The position numbers were made by a program, and so were the translations under genes. Under the pieces are notes generated by a model. That model ran no database searches. It was not told the DNA's origin and was given only the letters and a program-made list of their open reading frames with translations. 64,000 nt of DNA from Octopus vulgaris (lineage: Eukaryota): the NCBI GenBank assembly GCA_951406725.2, contig OX597831.1, positions 68,634,001-68,698,000 of the forward strand, read 5' to 3'. Positions 23,440 to 36,380 of this stretch are shown piece by piece; the first letter of the stretch is position 1, and each line of letters starts with the position of its first letter.

Positions 23440-24622
23440 TATTGTTGCTATTATGCAAAAGTGTCGTAAGTGCAAAATGTTGCTTTTACATAAAACAAAA
23501 AAATAGTTTCACCATTCCATAGCAAAACTGCTGTACTACTCTTTGACAATTTTTGATCTCTTGGCAGCTGAAGCAGCCAAAATCAGTGGTCAAACCCAGA
23601 ATCTGTGGTTATGAAAATATTTGTTTCTCTTTGGAATTTCAATGAATGCATGTGTACTATTTTGACTGGCAAGTGTCTGAACATAGTAATAATTATCAAC
23701 CATATCATAGCAATTATGTGTGATGAAGATGGTGGTAATGTTGAAGTGGAAATGGTAGCAGTAAGGAAAACCCTGCCTCTCATGCTGGTATCATGACAAC
23801 GGTGGAGGTGGTAAGCTTTTCAGCACAATTCAGCAAAAGGCGAGCAGGTTGTCAACTGCTCTGGAATTAATTCTGCCCTAGCTTATTTATGATGTTAAGT
23901 AGATGCTTGATGGAGACAGAGGTCACAAAACATTGCAAAAAAAAAAAAACTAGGTTTTTTTCCATTTCCAGAATAGATGAAGAGTTGAGCAGAAGATCAA
24001 TGGAAAAATAAACTGAGATCTAGTATAAAAAAATTGAAAGCTTGCATTATATCTTTGTGTGATTTTCTGCTGCATATTCAAAATATTATGAGTGTTAGAA
24101 AATAAGGGCATGTTTCGTTAATGATGAAGAAGTTTTATATAGTTGTTGTTATGTAATGCTGGTCAGTCCTAATTGAGTAAACTAACCAAGCAATCAAGTT
24201 TTATCCCTAGACACGGTATTCCGGATATGTCATGATGTTTCCTGAACATGAACCTAAATGCACTGATCTATTGCATCAGATGAAGCATAGCTGCAGGATT
24301 GCATTACATTTCTTTCTATATCCTCTCTATCTACATGCTTGTAGGCTCTTAGATGATCACCAGAGAAGCAGGCGGGGTTAACTTAGTCAAAACCACCAAT
24401 GTTTGGAACTTAAGAGATTTTCAACACTGATGCTATTATTGTGTATCTTGTGTATATTTCCTGGGTTTTCTTTTTTCTCAATGTTTTCTTTTGATTGGCA
24501 GAAATGGGTTGTCAGACAAAATATACTTTGGTATTTGTTCTACTTTTTTATGTTTTAATTTCGAATCCTGCAGAAGCCATCTTCACTTCTTATTTTTCTG
24601 AGGCTGGTAAAACATAGTATCA

Positions 24623-25113
24623 TCATCATCATTGTTCGACCGTGGTCGAGACAATGGAATTTACCATGCTACGCCAGACTTCATGGTCCATCATGGCATT
24701 ACGGAGGTCCTGTTGCTGGATGCCTGTATCCCTGGAGATTACATCAGGGTAGGAGAGTGTGCGCCCTCTGGTATTGCGAGTAGATGGCTTCCAGAGGAGA
24801 AGAGTAGAAATTACCTCTTTTTCAGCTCTACAACAATGTCCAGCAAACTGGACTCTCTTACCTTTCACAAAAGATGATACTGGTGGTAGTTTCCCATATA
24901 TTTGCATTTTGGTTGGATGGCGCTTCCACAAGAGATTTTGAGCTCTCATAAGGAGGCGAGTGTAGGTTCCATTCAACTGCCTCTCAAGCTTCTTTGATAA
25001 CGTCCAGGTTTCTGAGCCATATAGTAGAATTGGTTCGACTGTGGCTTTGAAGATTTCAAGTTTGAAGTCTCTACTTAGATTTGATGACCAGATCTTATGC
25101 ATGTCATCTTATG
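24623..25113 (-). mobile_element. 5'-truncated RTE-group LINE 3' end
   Basis: ILLYGSETWTL...FAGHC; ORF stop runs into a (TGA)n tail; TSD catagtatca at 24613-24622 and 25114-25123. Confidence 0.9.
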
Positions 25114-25493
25114 CATAGTATCACTTGTGGGTGGTGATTTAGAAGAATTGTTAGAATGTTGAATAAAATGCATTTTGATATTTGTTTATTTGTTCTGAAC
25201 CTTTACATTCTTTGTTTGTCTGCAACAGCACAAGTGTTGTCAAAGTGTACTGGACTTTGGTTTTCTGTTGGAAGCATAAAGATGAGTTGCAGTTGCATGT
25301 GCAACAGCTTGTCTTTAATAAAGAAAATTTCACACTTTGACCAAACCTACACTCTGGAAAGAATCTTTCTAGGTGCAGAGACACAGTCACACCTGGTTGA
25401 TGGCGACCCTGGATAAGAGACAGATATCTTGGGTAGTGGGGCTGCTGAAAAGAAGATGGTTTCAAGGGTGTTGTTATTTGTCTAGATGTTTCA

Positions 25494-25838
25494 TACTCTT
25501 TTTACTCTTTTTACTCTTTTCCTTGTTTCAGTCATTTGACTGTGGCCATGCTGGAGCACCACCTTTAGTCGACTAAATCGACCCCAGGACATATTCTTTC
25601 TAAGTCTGGTACTTATTCTATCGGTCTCTTTTGCTGAACCGCTAAGTTACAGGGACATAAACACACCAGCATCGGTTGTCAAGCGATGTTGGGGGGGGGG
25701 GGGCAAACACAGACACACAAACACACACATACATATATATGATGGGCTTCTATCAGTTTCCATCTACCAAATCCACTCACAAGGCTTTGGTCGGCCCAAG
25801 GCTATAGTAGAAGACACTTGCCCAAGGTGCCACACAGC
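25494..25838 (-). mobile_element. CORE-like tRNA SINE, head truncated
   Basis: Minus strand ggcaccttgggcaagtgtctt, internal (TG)n, 3' ggtgctccagcatggccacagtcaaatgactgaaac and (aaaagagt)n tail. Confidence 0.88.
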
Positions 25839-26420
25839 AAACATACAGTGAATATTCACATGCTTAATACTATTAAAGCATCCAGTAAGTTAGATTTCTC
25901 TGCTACATAAACTCTTGAGAATATTTAGCCCATTAATGCATAAAGTCTAATTTTCATTCCACAATTAATTTCAACCAATAAACACTTCATATTATATAAT
26001 TTTCTGACTACTTTTGAGAACGCTATACATTAGTGAAGATTGATGCAAATAAAGTTTTATTTATTTATATTTTTGTGAAACTCTTTCACTTTCTGCCACT
26101 TATAAATTATTTATGATGAAATTTCAAATAATTGCAAATTAAATTAAAACATTTTCCTCTGCCTCTAGTATTTTTATCATGTGGGACTTCTATAACATAC
26201 CAACTTCTTTAATAGAAAGATATCATTTTTGAAGATTCTTTCTGTAAAGCCTCTTACTGTTTGAACCTTCTAACATTTCTTTCTAACACAGCATCTGATT
26301 TAGCTGATACATTATTCCTGATTTTAAATTATCAGACTATTATTTTATAATGGAATTGAAGGTTTATGATACCTGTGGAGTATCATGGAGTATCGTACCT
26401 TCTCCCATTATAATAATTTC

Positions 26421-27084
26421 TGTAGTCTTAAGGATCTGGAAGATGAAGAAGAAATTTACAAGTGGAGTACAATTCAATAGTCATTTATTTTTGAGTTCTT
26501 GTTCTTGTGGTTTGCTCTCAGTGACCATCTCTATTGCAACACGTGGTTCCTTATAGCTCCTCCCACATGTGGCTCATGACCTATTTCTTTATTACCCACA
26601 AGGGGCTAAACATAGAGGGGACAAACAAGGACAGACATAGGTATTAAGTCGATTACATCGACCCCAGTGCGTAACTGGTACTTAATTCATCGACCCCGAA
26701 AGAATGAAAGGTAAAGTCGACCTCGGCGGAATTTGAACTCACAACGTAATGGCAGACGAAATACCACTAAGCATTTCGCCCAGCGTGCTAACGCTTCTGC
26801 CAACTCGGCTCATTACCTCTAGAGATAAACAGGTGGAGTTAGAGTGGGACAAGAGTATGCTGTGAGCTGCCAGCTTCACAGGGTTTCTCAGCATATGTGA
26901 GAAGGAAGAAAGAGAAGGAATGTCTTAATACTCCTGCTTAAATAGTGGTTGCTGACGAGAGTCTCATTGTCGTCTCATGCATGGCACATGGTTGTAGGTG
27001 AGATCTTGTTCTTGTCTTGGACATGGTAATGGCTACCAGTGAGATCTCATTCAAAATGGTGCTGGCTTCTTGTACCTTGCTACA
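26421..27084 (-). mobile_element. Solo LTR with a 5-bp TSD, interrupted by a SINE
   Basis: Termini TGTAG...CTACA; ATTTC at 26416-26420 and 27085-27089; minus-strand TATTTAA (~26940) and AATAAA (~26487). Confidence 0.78.
26583..26806 (-). mobile_element. Meta-like tRNA SINE nested in the LTR
   Basis: Family body; TSD ggctcatgacct / ggctcattacct at 26571-26582 and 26807-26818. Confidence 0.9.
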
Positions 27085-28034
27085 ATTTCTTCTTATTACT
27101 GCTAATTAAAAATAGTACATAAGTTTGAATGAATATGTAAGTGTCCTTGCAGCCTTTTACTCTTGTAGTTAACACTTTGGATAATATCTTTTACACGTGA
27201 CTCTTTATTTTGTTCTTTATATGTTTTAAAAGGAAATGAATTTTGCTGCTTCTGGAATGTACCTTGCTGCAATCATGCTTCTGCCAGTATTTAAATTTTC
27301 CCTTTTGGAGATATTTGTCATTTAAATTATCTTTTGTGTGTTTCTTTGTAATGCAAATTAGATTATGAATTTAGTGAAAATGGTTTATATAGCTATCTAT
27401 ATGCCATAATTCTTTGTAATTTTACTGTTTGTGAAACAAACATTGCATTATCGAGAAAATTAATACCAAAAGAATATGAGGCATATCCATGCAAATACTA
27501 AACTCCATATGATATGTATTTAGAAGAGAAATATAATTAGATTATTGTTGATGTCATAAGAACCTATAGGCCCTTGAGAGAATATGAAATAATTCTTTTT
27601 TTGGAACACAAAAGCACATGCACATCTCAAACCACACAAAACTACAAAAATTAGAAATTTATTGTAGTTGGGAAGTATAAGGTGGGAAGTATGCAGTAAT
27701 GAAATATATCAAGGAGTTAAATGTCACTCTTTTGTATTAAGCTCTTGATGCAAAAAATTAAAGAGGAAAACACAAAAAAAAAAAAAATCGTGCTATTTGG
27801 CAACTTTGAAGACAATTCACACCTGTCTTGACACTCTCTTATCAGTGAGAAACTATTATAGCTCTCTGAGAAAGTATCACTATAACTGGGTAAAGTTAAT
27901 GCTTAGAAAAGTCTCTTACAAGTAGCCTTCGTGACAATGTACACCTATTCCTTCATAGGGATATCTGCAGATAGTGGTTAATTAAATTTGAAGTTGGTCA
28001 TAATTGTTAGTCATGATAGCAAGGCATTTCTTAA

Positions 28035-28233
28035 CCCTTTCATTACCATATTCATTTTGAGATGCTCTGTGTTTCATTCAATTAATTTTAAATATAACAA
28101 AGAATTTAGTAAAAGAACTTAGTTATCATTAAGCTAGTGTTGGGAACATAAATTGTGACTAAGGTTTGGTGGAAGATTTTAATTCAAAACACTAGACATT
28201 TGTACTACAGAGCCAGAGTTGGTATCAAAAGTG
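28035..28233. mobile_element. piggyBac-type MITE (TTAA TSD)
   Basis: TTAA|CCCTTT...AAAGTG|TTAA; same body as the copies at 62246 and 62498. Confidence 0.85.
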
Positions 28234-29731
28234 TTAAAATATATATTCACACAATCATCAGTCTCATAATTTCTCCTGATACAGGCACAGGATCGGCTTA
28301 GTGGGATACTTGAGAACAAATGCAACTTAAACAAAGAACTGTGTTCTTCTGAGAGTAACCCTTTAAGGAAAATGTATAGTTAAAGTAATGCAACCCTAAA
28401 CAAATTCCTTTAAAAGGTGTTGTTGAGTTAAACTAAACAAAAACAAATAAGAAACAATTTGAAATCACTAAATTCTGCACATGAACCTCTAATCATTATT
28501 CTTAGTTATAGTATATGAGGGTCAGCTCTAGCAAGCAAATCTGTGATTTGAGTCTTCCAGCCATGAACCTCATTATTTCTAGTTATAGTATTTTTAGGGC
28601 TACATTAACCAATGTACCCTTATATTAAGGGAGTAGTGTAATTTGGTTGCTTTCTTTAGAAGGTCTTCTTTGAGCAACATCTGCAAGATAATTTGAATTC
28701 AGCATTGCAAGCTAATGAAGCTCATTAACTTTATGATGTTTCTGTCATTGCTTAAATAGTTAAATTGTCCAATTATGTGGAATGTCTTTAAAGCTGTATA
28801 AAATTACTTGTCTTGGCTAGGGACTGAACACAATTTTGATTACAAGATCTTTGTTTGTTCTTTTGATTAGCTTAAATTAAACTATACAAATTCTCTTCCA
28901 GAAAATCTATATCGAAAATTACATAGACATATCCTTTATGCAGTACCAGCCAGATTAGTAACTATATAGCACGAGTCTTGTATTTTGCAGAGATCCACTC
29001 TGGACAGTTTATTACTTTTGTACTCTACTGCTATCAACTTCTATATGAATTCTACACAGAAATCATATTTGTTCTATCATTAATGGACTGTTTTCCCTTC
29101 CACTTCTATGAATGGCTATGTGTTTAATGTAGGCCCAATATTACTTCTAAATTTAACACATTACAGCTATCAAATTGAATAGTCATTGTTAATAAGCAGA
29201 CCTACTCATTTTTGGAAGATGCTAATTAATAGGCTTACCATTATATTTCCATATCTTGTCACACAGTAATTGAGTTTAATTATTATTTTTCTAATAGGTA
29301 GTATCATTTCAACATTGGAGCTCAAAAGCAAATTTTTATTAGGTTTTGTGTCAGAACAGACTATCTAACTAGTGTATTTTAATTACTTTAGTAGAAACGT
29401 TATATATTACTGAATACATATAATGTATTAATTGAGCTTTTTAGGTTTAGTTTAAAATAAAATCAGGTTCTATAGAGGAAAGGTCCACCCATTCAAATTT
29501 GTTCCATACTTTACAGCTTCTAAGACATCATCTTTCAATGTTAACCTTTTACATGTTTCAGACTTGATGACTATCATATAAAAACTGTAATATTTATTCT
29601 GAATATGCCATCTCTTGTATAGCTGTTCTATAAATATTGATCCCTCAAGTATACAGTTGGATTCATAAAAATAATTACAATTCAGTAAAAAAGCTAGTTT
29701 CTTTTAAAATTTTGGTCCATTTTAACATATG

Positions 29732-30194
29732 TTAGTTAGTTAATTTTTTGGCTCAAAAGCAAAAAGCAAGGCCATGTAGGGGGACATGGAGTTAAGTACA
29801 GGGTGGTGTTCATGTAAAGAGTTCAGGCCACTTGAGGTCAAGGGAGACTTTGAACAAAGCAGTCGTCGGCATCTTCACCCCATCGTCTGGCAGTTTGTTC
29901 CACGGAACCGCAACCCGGACGGAGAAAGCTCCCCTCCTTCAATTGAGATGAAATCGTCACAGATAGAGCTTTTCAGAATGACCCCAAAGCCGACGCTCTG
30001 GAGCAGGAGTGAAGAACAGCTCTTTTGAGAGGTTACACTTTCTGCTTATGATGTTGTGAGCGAGAATGAGATCACCACGGTGGTGGCGTTTTTCTAGAGA
30101 TTAAAGGTCGAGCGTCTTCAGCCTTTCTTCATAAGACAAATTCTTGAGACCATGAATCATGCGGGTAGCCAGCTTCTGGACTCTTTCGAGATGC
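29732..30194 (-). mobile_element. 5'-truncated CR1-group LINE 3' end (second family)
   Basis: [42 protein letters not shown]; (TAAC)n tail; TSD taacatatg at 29723-29731 and 30195-30203. Confidence 0.88.
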
Positions 30195-30831
30195 TAACAT
30201 ATGATACAGACTCCAATTTGCTTAATCTGGATTGCATATTCAGTCAGTAATTTCACTTCCACAGTAAATTAGACATTTGGTGCATTATACTTACAAGAGC
30301 TATAAAACCAAATTTTATAGTTATGATGAAATTTATTATACTTGGGTTAGCTACTAATCTATTCTGCTGAATATCTTACAAGTACGGAATTAATGTGAAA
30401 AATATGTCTTACTCTTGCCTGTATTCTTGCCATTGCCTTAAGAATTAGTTCATCTCTTAAAGATTGGATAAAAATGAAAGCTACTGATGGAAATGGGAAC
30501 AAGCTAAAATACATGAGAAAAATATATAGAAAGTAAGTTTAGCAGATAAAATGGAATAAGTAGACATGTTATTGAAATATCATGAATGTGTTTCTGTTTT
30601 CATATCCTGCCTCTTTTCAGTGTATTCTCTGATCTATGTTGGGTTTCTTTTATTTGTTTATATTCTTGACTGTTAGCAACCTTGTCTCTTAACATATATG
30701 GAAACATACTGAGATAATAATTGAATTTTCATAGACCAGCTTGTATGTGCAAGCTAAAGCAAAACAAAGGAAACCAAAAAGAAATAGAAATAAATAAATG
30801 AATAATGATGAGGATGACGACGATGACGACG

Positions 30832-30863
<32 letters not shown>

Positions 30864-31510
30864 AATAATAATAGATAACACTTATATTCGCATGAGGAAA
30901 ATGGCTCTAGGCAAATGAAGAAATGTCATTTATAAAAGAGGAGCAGAATTTATTGAAGAAATCATAAGACATGTTATTGCTCAGTTTGAAAAAGGAATAA
31001 TTTTTTTTGGCTGCCTCCAAAATAATACTAATAATACTAATAAGAAGATGAATAATTGAAAAATATCACAAAAACAGAACCAAATGGGTAATTCACACAT
31101 AGTCTTTGGTCTTTGGAAGTAGAGAAATTTACTATTAGACCATAAATTTATTTTGGATGCTATGACAGAGTAAGATATATTTTGTTCTGCACATTTTTGT
31201 CTGTTTCTTACAAGTGTTCATTGCTTTTTGATTTGTTATACTCACCTCTGGCTGACTTACACTTATGAAACTTTCTATTCGTTCAAGGATTCTGTTTGCT
31301 TCATTTACAGCTGGAGGTGTCTAGTAAATTCCCTGCTATACAATAAAGCAAACTTTAAAACAATATAGAATGAGTTCATGCGAGAAGCCAGGCGTAATCT
31401 ATCATCCTTTAGCTCATTTAGACAAAAGCTGTTCAGTTCTTCTGCATTCCTTTATTTAATTTGCTGTGTATGGCAGAATCTATTTATATTGATATAATTG
31501 TGATTTTAGG

Positions 31511-31511
<1 letters not shown>

Positions 31512-31541
<30 letters not shown>

Positions 31542-31581
31542 TGTATGTATGTATGTATGTATGTATGTATGTATGTATGTA

Positions 31582-31614
<33 letters not shown>

Positions 31615-31652
31615 ATGTATGTGAGTTTGTGTGTGTGTATGTGTGTGTATAC
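31512..31652. repeat. (TATG)n/(TG)n microsatellite
   Basis: Directly visible. Confidence 0.97.
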
Positions 31653-31659
31653 ATGTCTT

Positions 31660-32015
31660 TTATCTTTTATTTGTTTCAGTCATTTGACTGTGGCCATGCT
31701 GGGGCACTACCTTAAAGACTTTTCTTCTAGTTGAATGCATTGACACCAATATTTTTTTTTCAGCCTAGTACTTATTTTATCGGTCTCTCTTGCTGAACCA
31801 CTAAGTTGCAGGGATGTAAACACACCGACACTTGTCAAGCAGTGATAGGGCACAAACACATATATATATACATACAACAAGCTTCTTTCAGTTTCCATCT
31901 ATTAAATCCACTCACAAGGCTTTAGTTTGCCCAAGGCTATAGTAGAAGACACTTGCCCAAGGTACCATGCAGTGGAACTGAACACAGAACCATGTGGCTT
32001 GGAAGCAAGCTTCTT
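31660..32015 (-). mobile_element. CORE-like tRNA SINE, diverged
   Basis: Same body as 39625-40010. Confidence 0.85.
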
Positions 32016-32210
32016 AGAAGTTACATAGTGATTTAAGGGCCAAGAGTTTTGCGCATGGCACTTATCAAACTTGATAAGTGCCATGCATGAAACTCCAGAC
32101 CCTCCCTTCCTTGACATTGTAACTTCTGCCAATTAGATATGAACAATTAGAAATAATATAAATGTTGATCAATAAGAATGAGTACTCAACACTGCAATGA
32201 TGGATAAAGA

Positions 32211-32511
32211 TTATTTGTGCATCAAGGCTACCATTGGTTTCATGTTAAGAAAATATCTTAATATTTTAACAATTTTTCAAGCCAATCACATGGAGCAATG
32301 CTGTTCATCTCCATTTTGTTTTAAAATACAAGAAAACACGAGGATTCATAAGAGAGATTTGAGATATTATTATGAATCCCCATGTGTTTTTTTGGTTTTA
32401 GTGCAAAATGGAGACAAGCACCATTCCTCCATGGGATCAGCTTGAAAAATTGTTAAGATATTAAGATATTTTCTTAATATGAAACCAATGGTAGCCTTAA
32501 TACACAAATAA
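32211..32511. mobile_element. Fold-back MITE, ~140-bp arms with an 18-nt spacer
   Basis: Arms 32211-32351 and 32370-32511 are reverse complements with scattered mismatches; no TSD identified. Confidence 0.8.
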
Positions 32512-32514
32512 AGC

Positions 32515-33330
32515 ATGATATCATCATCATCATCATTTAGCGTCCGCTTTCCATGCCAGCATGGGTTGGACGGTTCAACTGGGGTCTGTGAAGCCAGAAG
32601 GCTGCATCAGGCCCAGTTTGATCTGGCAGTGTTTCTACGGCTGGATGCCCTTCCTAATGCCAACCACTCCATGAGTGTAGTGGGTGCTTTTTACATGCCA
32701 CCCGCACAGGTGCCAGACGGAGCTGGCAAACGGGCACGGACGGATGGTGCTCTTTACATGCCACCGGCACGGGGGCCAGGCGAGGCTGGCAATGGCCACG
32801 ATTGGATGGAGCTTTTACGTGCCACCGGCACGGGGGCCAGGCGAAGCTGGCAACGGCCACGAACGGATGGTGCTTTTTACATGCCACCGGCACGGAGGCC
32901 AGTCGGGGCGGCGTTGGCAACAGTCACGATCGGATGGTTCGCTTACTTGTCACCGGCACTGGTATCACAGCTGCAATTTCCATTGATGTTGATCGACTTC
33001 GATTTTGGTTCTGCTTTCTGATATCTGACTTGATTTGGTTTGATTTTGATTTTGATTTTGATTTTTTGATTTTTTGATTTTCACTTGCCTCAACGGGTCT
33101 TCACAAGTGGAGTTTTGAGTCCCAAGAAGGAAAGGTATGTATAAGTCGACTGGCTACATACCAGGTAGAGGCCACGGGTTATGGTCTCACTAGTCTTGCC
33201 GGGTCTTCTCACGCACAGCATACTTCCATAGGTCTCAGTCTCCAGTCCTTTCCTTGGTGAGACCTAAAGTTCGAAGGTCATGCTTCACCACCTCGTCCCA
33301 GGTTTTTCTGGGTCTACCTCTTCCACAGGT
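32515..33330 (-). mobile_element. 5'-truncated RTE LINE: ORF C-terminus, long 3' UTR with 5 tandem units, (GAT)n tail
   Basis: Minus strand TCGRGRPRKTWDEVVKHDLRTLGLT...DLWKYAVREKTRQD*, followed by the unit-containing UTR. Confidence 0.9.
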
Positions 33331-33383
33331 TACCAGAAAATAAAATGACAAAGGAATAAATGATTATCTTATGAACTTCCTTA

Positions 33384-33445
33384 GCTTACAGCTGTTTCTG
33401 CTATAGTTAAGTATTTGAGTAACACCTTATAGCTTCATCGAAGCC
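33384..33445 (-). ncRNA. Decayed type I hammerhead-like motif (PLE remnant)
   Basis: GCT-TCGATGA-A-GCTATA...TATAGC-A-GAA-ACAGCTGT-A-AGC: stem I GCT/AGC, 6-bp stem II, palindromic stem III, GUA triplet; core reads TCGA rather than CTGA. Confidence 0.5.
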
Positions 33446-33579
33446 TCGAATATGAAGTGCCTTTGTTCCTTCATCATCTTATTTTCTTATTACTGCTCTG
33501 TATTCAACTAACACTTTGTTCTGAAGTATATGCATATTGAATTTACACTAAATTGTTAGTTTCACACTGCCTAAGTGAA

Positions 33580-33835
<256 letters not shown>

Positions 33836-34702
33836 CTCAGTGCCTTTTTCGTGGCACCAGCACAAGTGAGGTCACCAAGGAACTCAAAAGATATGCCCAC
33901 TTAACTGAGTGAATTATATAGTAGAGAGGGCAGAGGCTTTGTGCCAGATGTTGAGAGGTTAAAGTATATATAGATGTACAGGAACAAGTGCTTTGTTATT
34001 GAGGAAGTACATGGCTACTCCAGATAGAAAGAGAGAGAAAAGTTGGTGGTACTTTCAAGGTAAAAGAAGGTGAATATAAAAGAGAATAGAGACAGAAGAA
34101 CCAGATAAGGTGGGTGAGTAAATACTTGAATGATAGATCATTAGAAATGGAAACAGAGGTAAATACTGAGAATGGAGAACAAGGTTGGATGGATGTAGGG
34201 GTGCTTTTTAAATCCTCTGAAGAGGATTTGGGAAGAATGTGACAGAATTTTATGGGGACTATACAGCTAAAAGCAAAAACCAATAGCTAGTGTGTTTATC
34301 GGTTTTTAGCAATATAGATATTTCAGAATATGACAATATTGCTGTCAAAATTTTGTGAAACAAATTAAAAACTGAAAAATATATAAATATATATATATAC
34401 ACTTCAAACATACACAGACACACACATGATTATATATATATACATATATATGTATGCTAGTGTGTGTGTGTATATCTGAAGATACATATATATATATATG
34501 TATATTTGCATGTGTGTGTATGTGTGTATGTGTGTGTGTGTTTTGAAATTTCTGTAAAAATATATATCTGAAAACAAGAAGCAATAACAGTTCAGTGTGT
34601 TCGTAGACATCAATAATATGACTATTTTAAAATATAACTGTGTTTGCTTCGCATAAAAATTCTTCTAAACAAATTCAGAAATAAAATGTTCATGAATACT
34701 TC

Positions 34703-34850
<148 letters not shown>

Positions 34851-35092
34851 ATAATTTTACAGTCTCATAGCAGCCAGTTTATGTTACTGAACAATTTCAA
34901 GCTAATAACCTTTCAGACAGAGAGAGGCAAATTAGCAATCATTGGACATGTGTATTTTTTTTTTTTTCTGTCTCATGAAAATATACTAGACAACTGCAAG
35001 CACACACACACACACATGCCCATATGCACTGACAGTTATGCACACATGTGCACACATACACTCATACACACAATAATAATAATAATAATAAC

Positions 35093-35126
<34 letters not shown>

Positions 35127-35354
35127 GTATGTATGTATGAACAGTTAATCTCTGAATTTGTTTAGAATTTTGATGTGAAACAAGCATATGAGATTTCATT
35201 TTTTGAATTTGTTTTACAAGAATTTGAATCTGAAACCAATATTGTCACATTTTGAAATGATCATATCATTAGAGCATATAATCACACTGACCAGTTACTG
35301 TTTCTTGTTTTTGTTACACATTTTCCCAGAAATTTCAAGACAATCAGATGATTA

Positions 35355-35893
35355 CGTATGTATGTATGTATTAATTGTATGTATGTACATATGTATGCAT
35401 GCATGCATGTATGTATGTATGTATGTATGTGTGTATGTATGTATGTATGTATGTATGTGTGTGTGTATGTATGTGTGTATGTATGTATGTATGTATGTGT
35501 GTATGTGTGTGTGTATGTATGTATTACGTATGTATGTATGTATATATGTATGTAGGTATGTATGTATGTATGTATGTGTGTATGTATGTGTGTATGTATG
35601 TATGTATGTGTGTATGTATGTATGTATGTGTGTATGTATGTGTGTATGCATGTATGTATGTGTGTATGTATGTATGTATGTATGTGTGTATGTATGTATG
35701 TATGTATGTATGTATGTATGTATGTATGTATGTATGTATGTATGTATGTATGTATGTGTGTATGTATGTATGTGTGTATGTATGTATGTGTGTGTGTATG
35801 TATGTATGTATGTATGTATGTGTGTATGTGTGTGTATGTACGTATGTATGTATGTATGTGTGTATGTATGTATGTATGCATGCATGCATGCAC
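35355..35893. repeat. (TATG)n/(TGTG) compound microsatellite
   Basis: Directly visible. Confidence 0.98.
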
Positions 35894-36380
35894 GCACCTT
35901 GATCACAGTTTTTGGTAGCTGTTGATTACATGTGACATAAACATTTGCAATTGTATCTGTCCTGTTTGTTCATTAGCTGTTTCCTAGCAATCACCTGCTC
36001 ATGAATTACAAAAGCCCAGCCTCTGAGATTCGATGTGATGTTGTGGTTATGCGTCTATGAAAAGCTACATTTCATGTTAATATTATTATCGTCTTTCAGT
36101 TTATGGGAACATACCCATGCATAACCATTTTGTGCAATGCAGAATTTTCTCTATCAGGTCTGTTCTGAGATATATTAACTATACACATCCAGGTTCATAC
36201 AAGAGGCCATCAGAAGCGAATGTTTCTTGAGGGATTCATATTTGACCCACAGGATGTTATTCACTTCCTTGGTCAATATATATATTTTTACTACTATTGT
36301 TTAGAAGAGGTCGGGTATAGGGTATAGGTGTTATTGCAGCACATTGCTGCATCCAGCCTTTATCAGTATTTGCTTGGGTT

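Noticed and set aside
31246-31320. Possible minus-strand 75-nt exon (TPPAVNEANRILERIESFISVSQPE, GAG|GTGAGT donor)
   Set aside because: Weak acceptor and no recognisable homology; unsupported without RNA-seq
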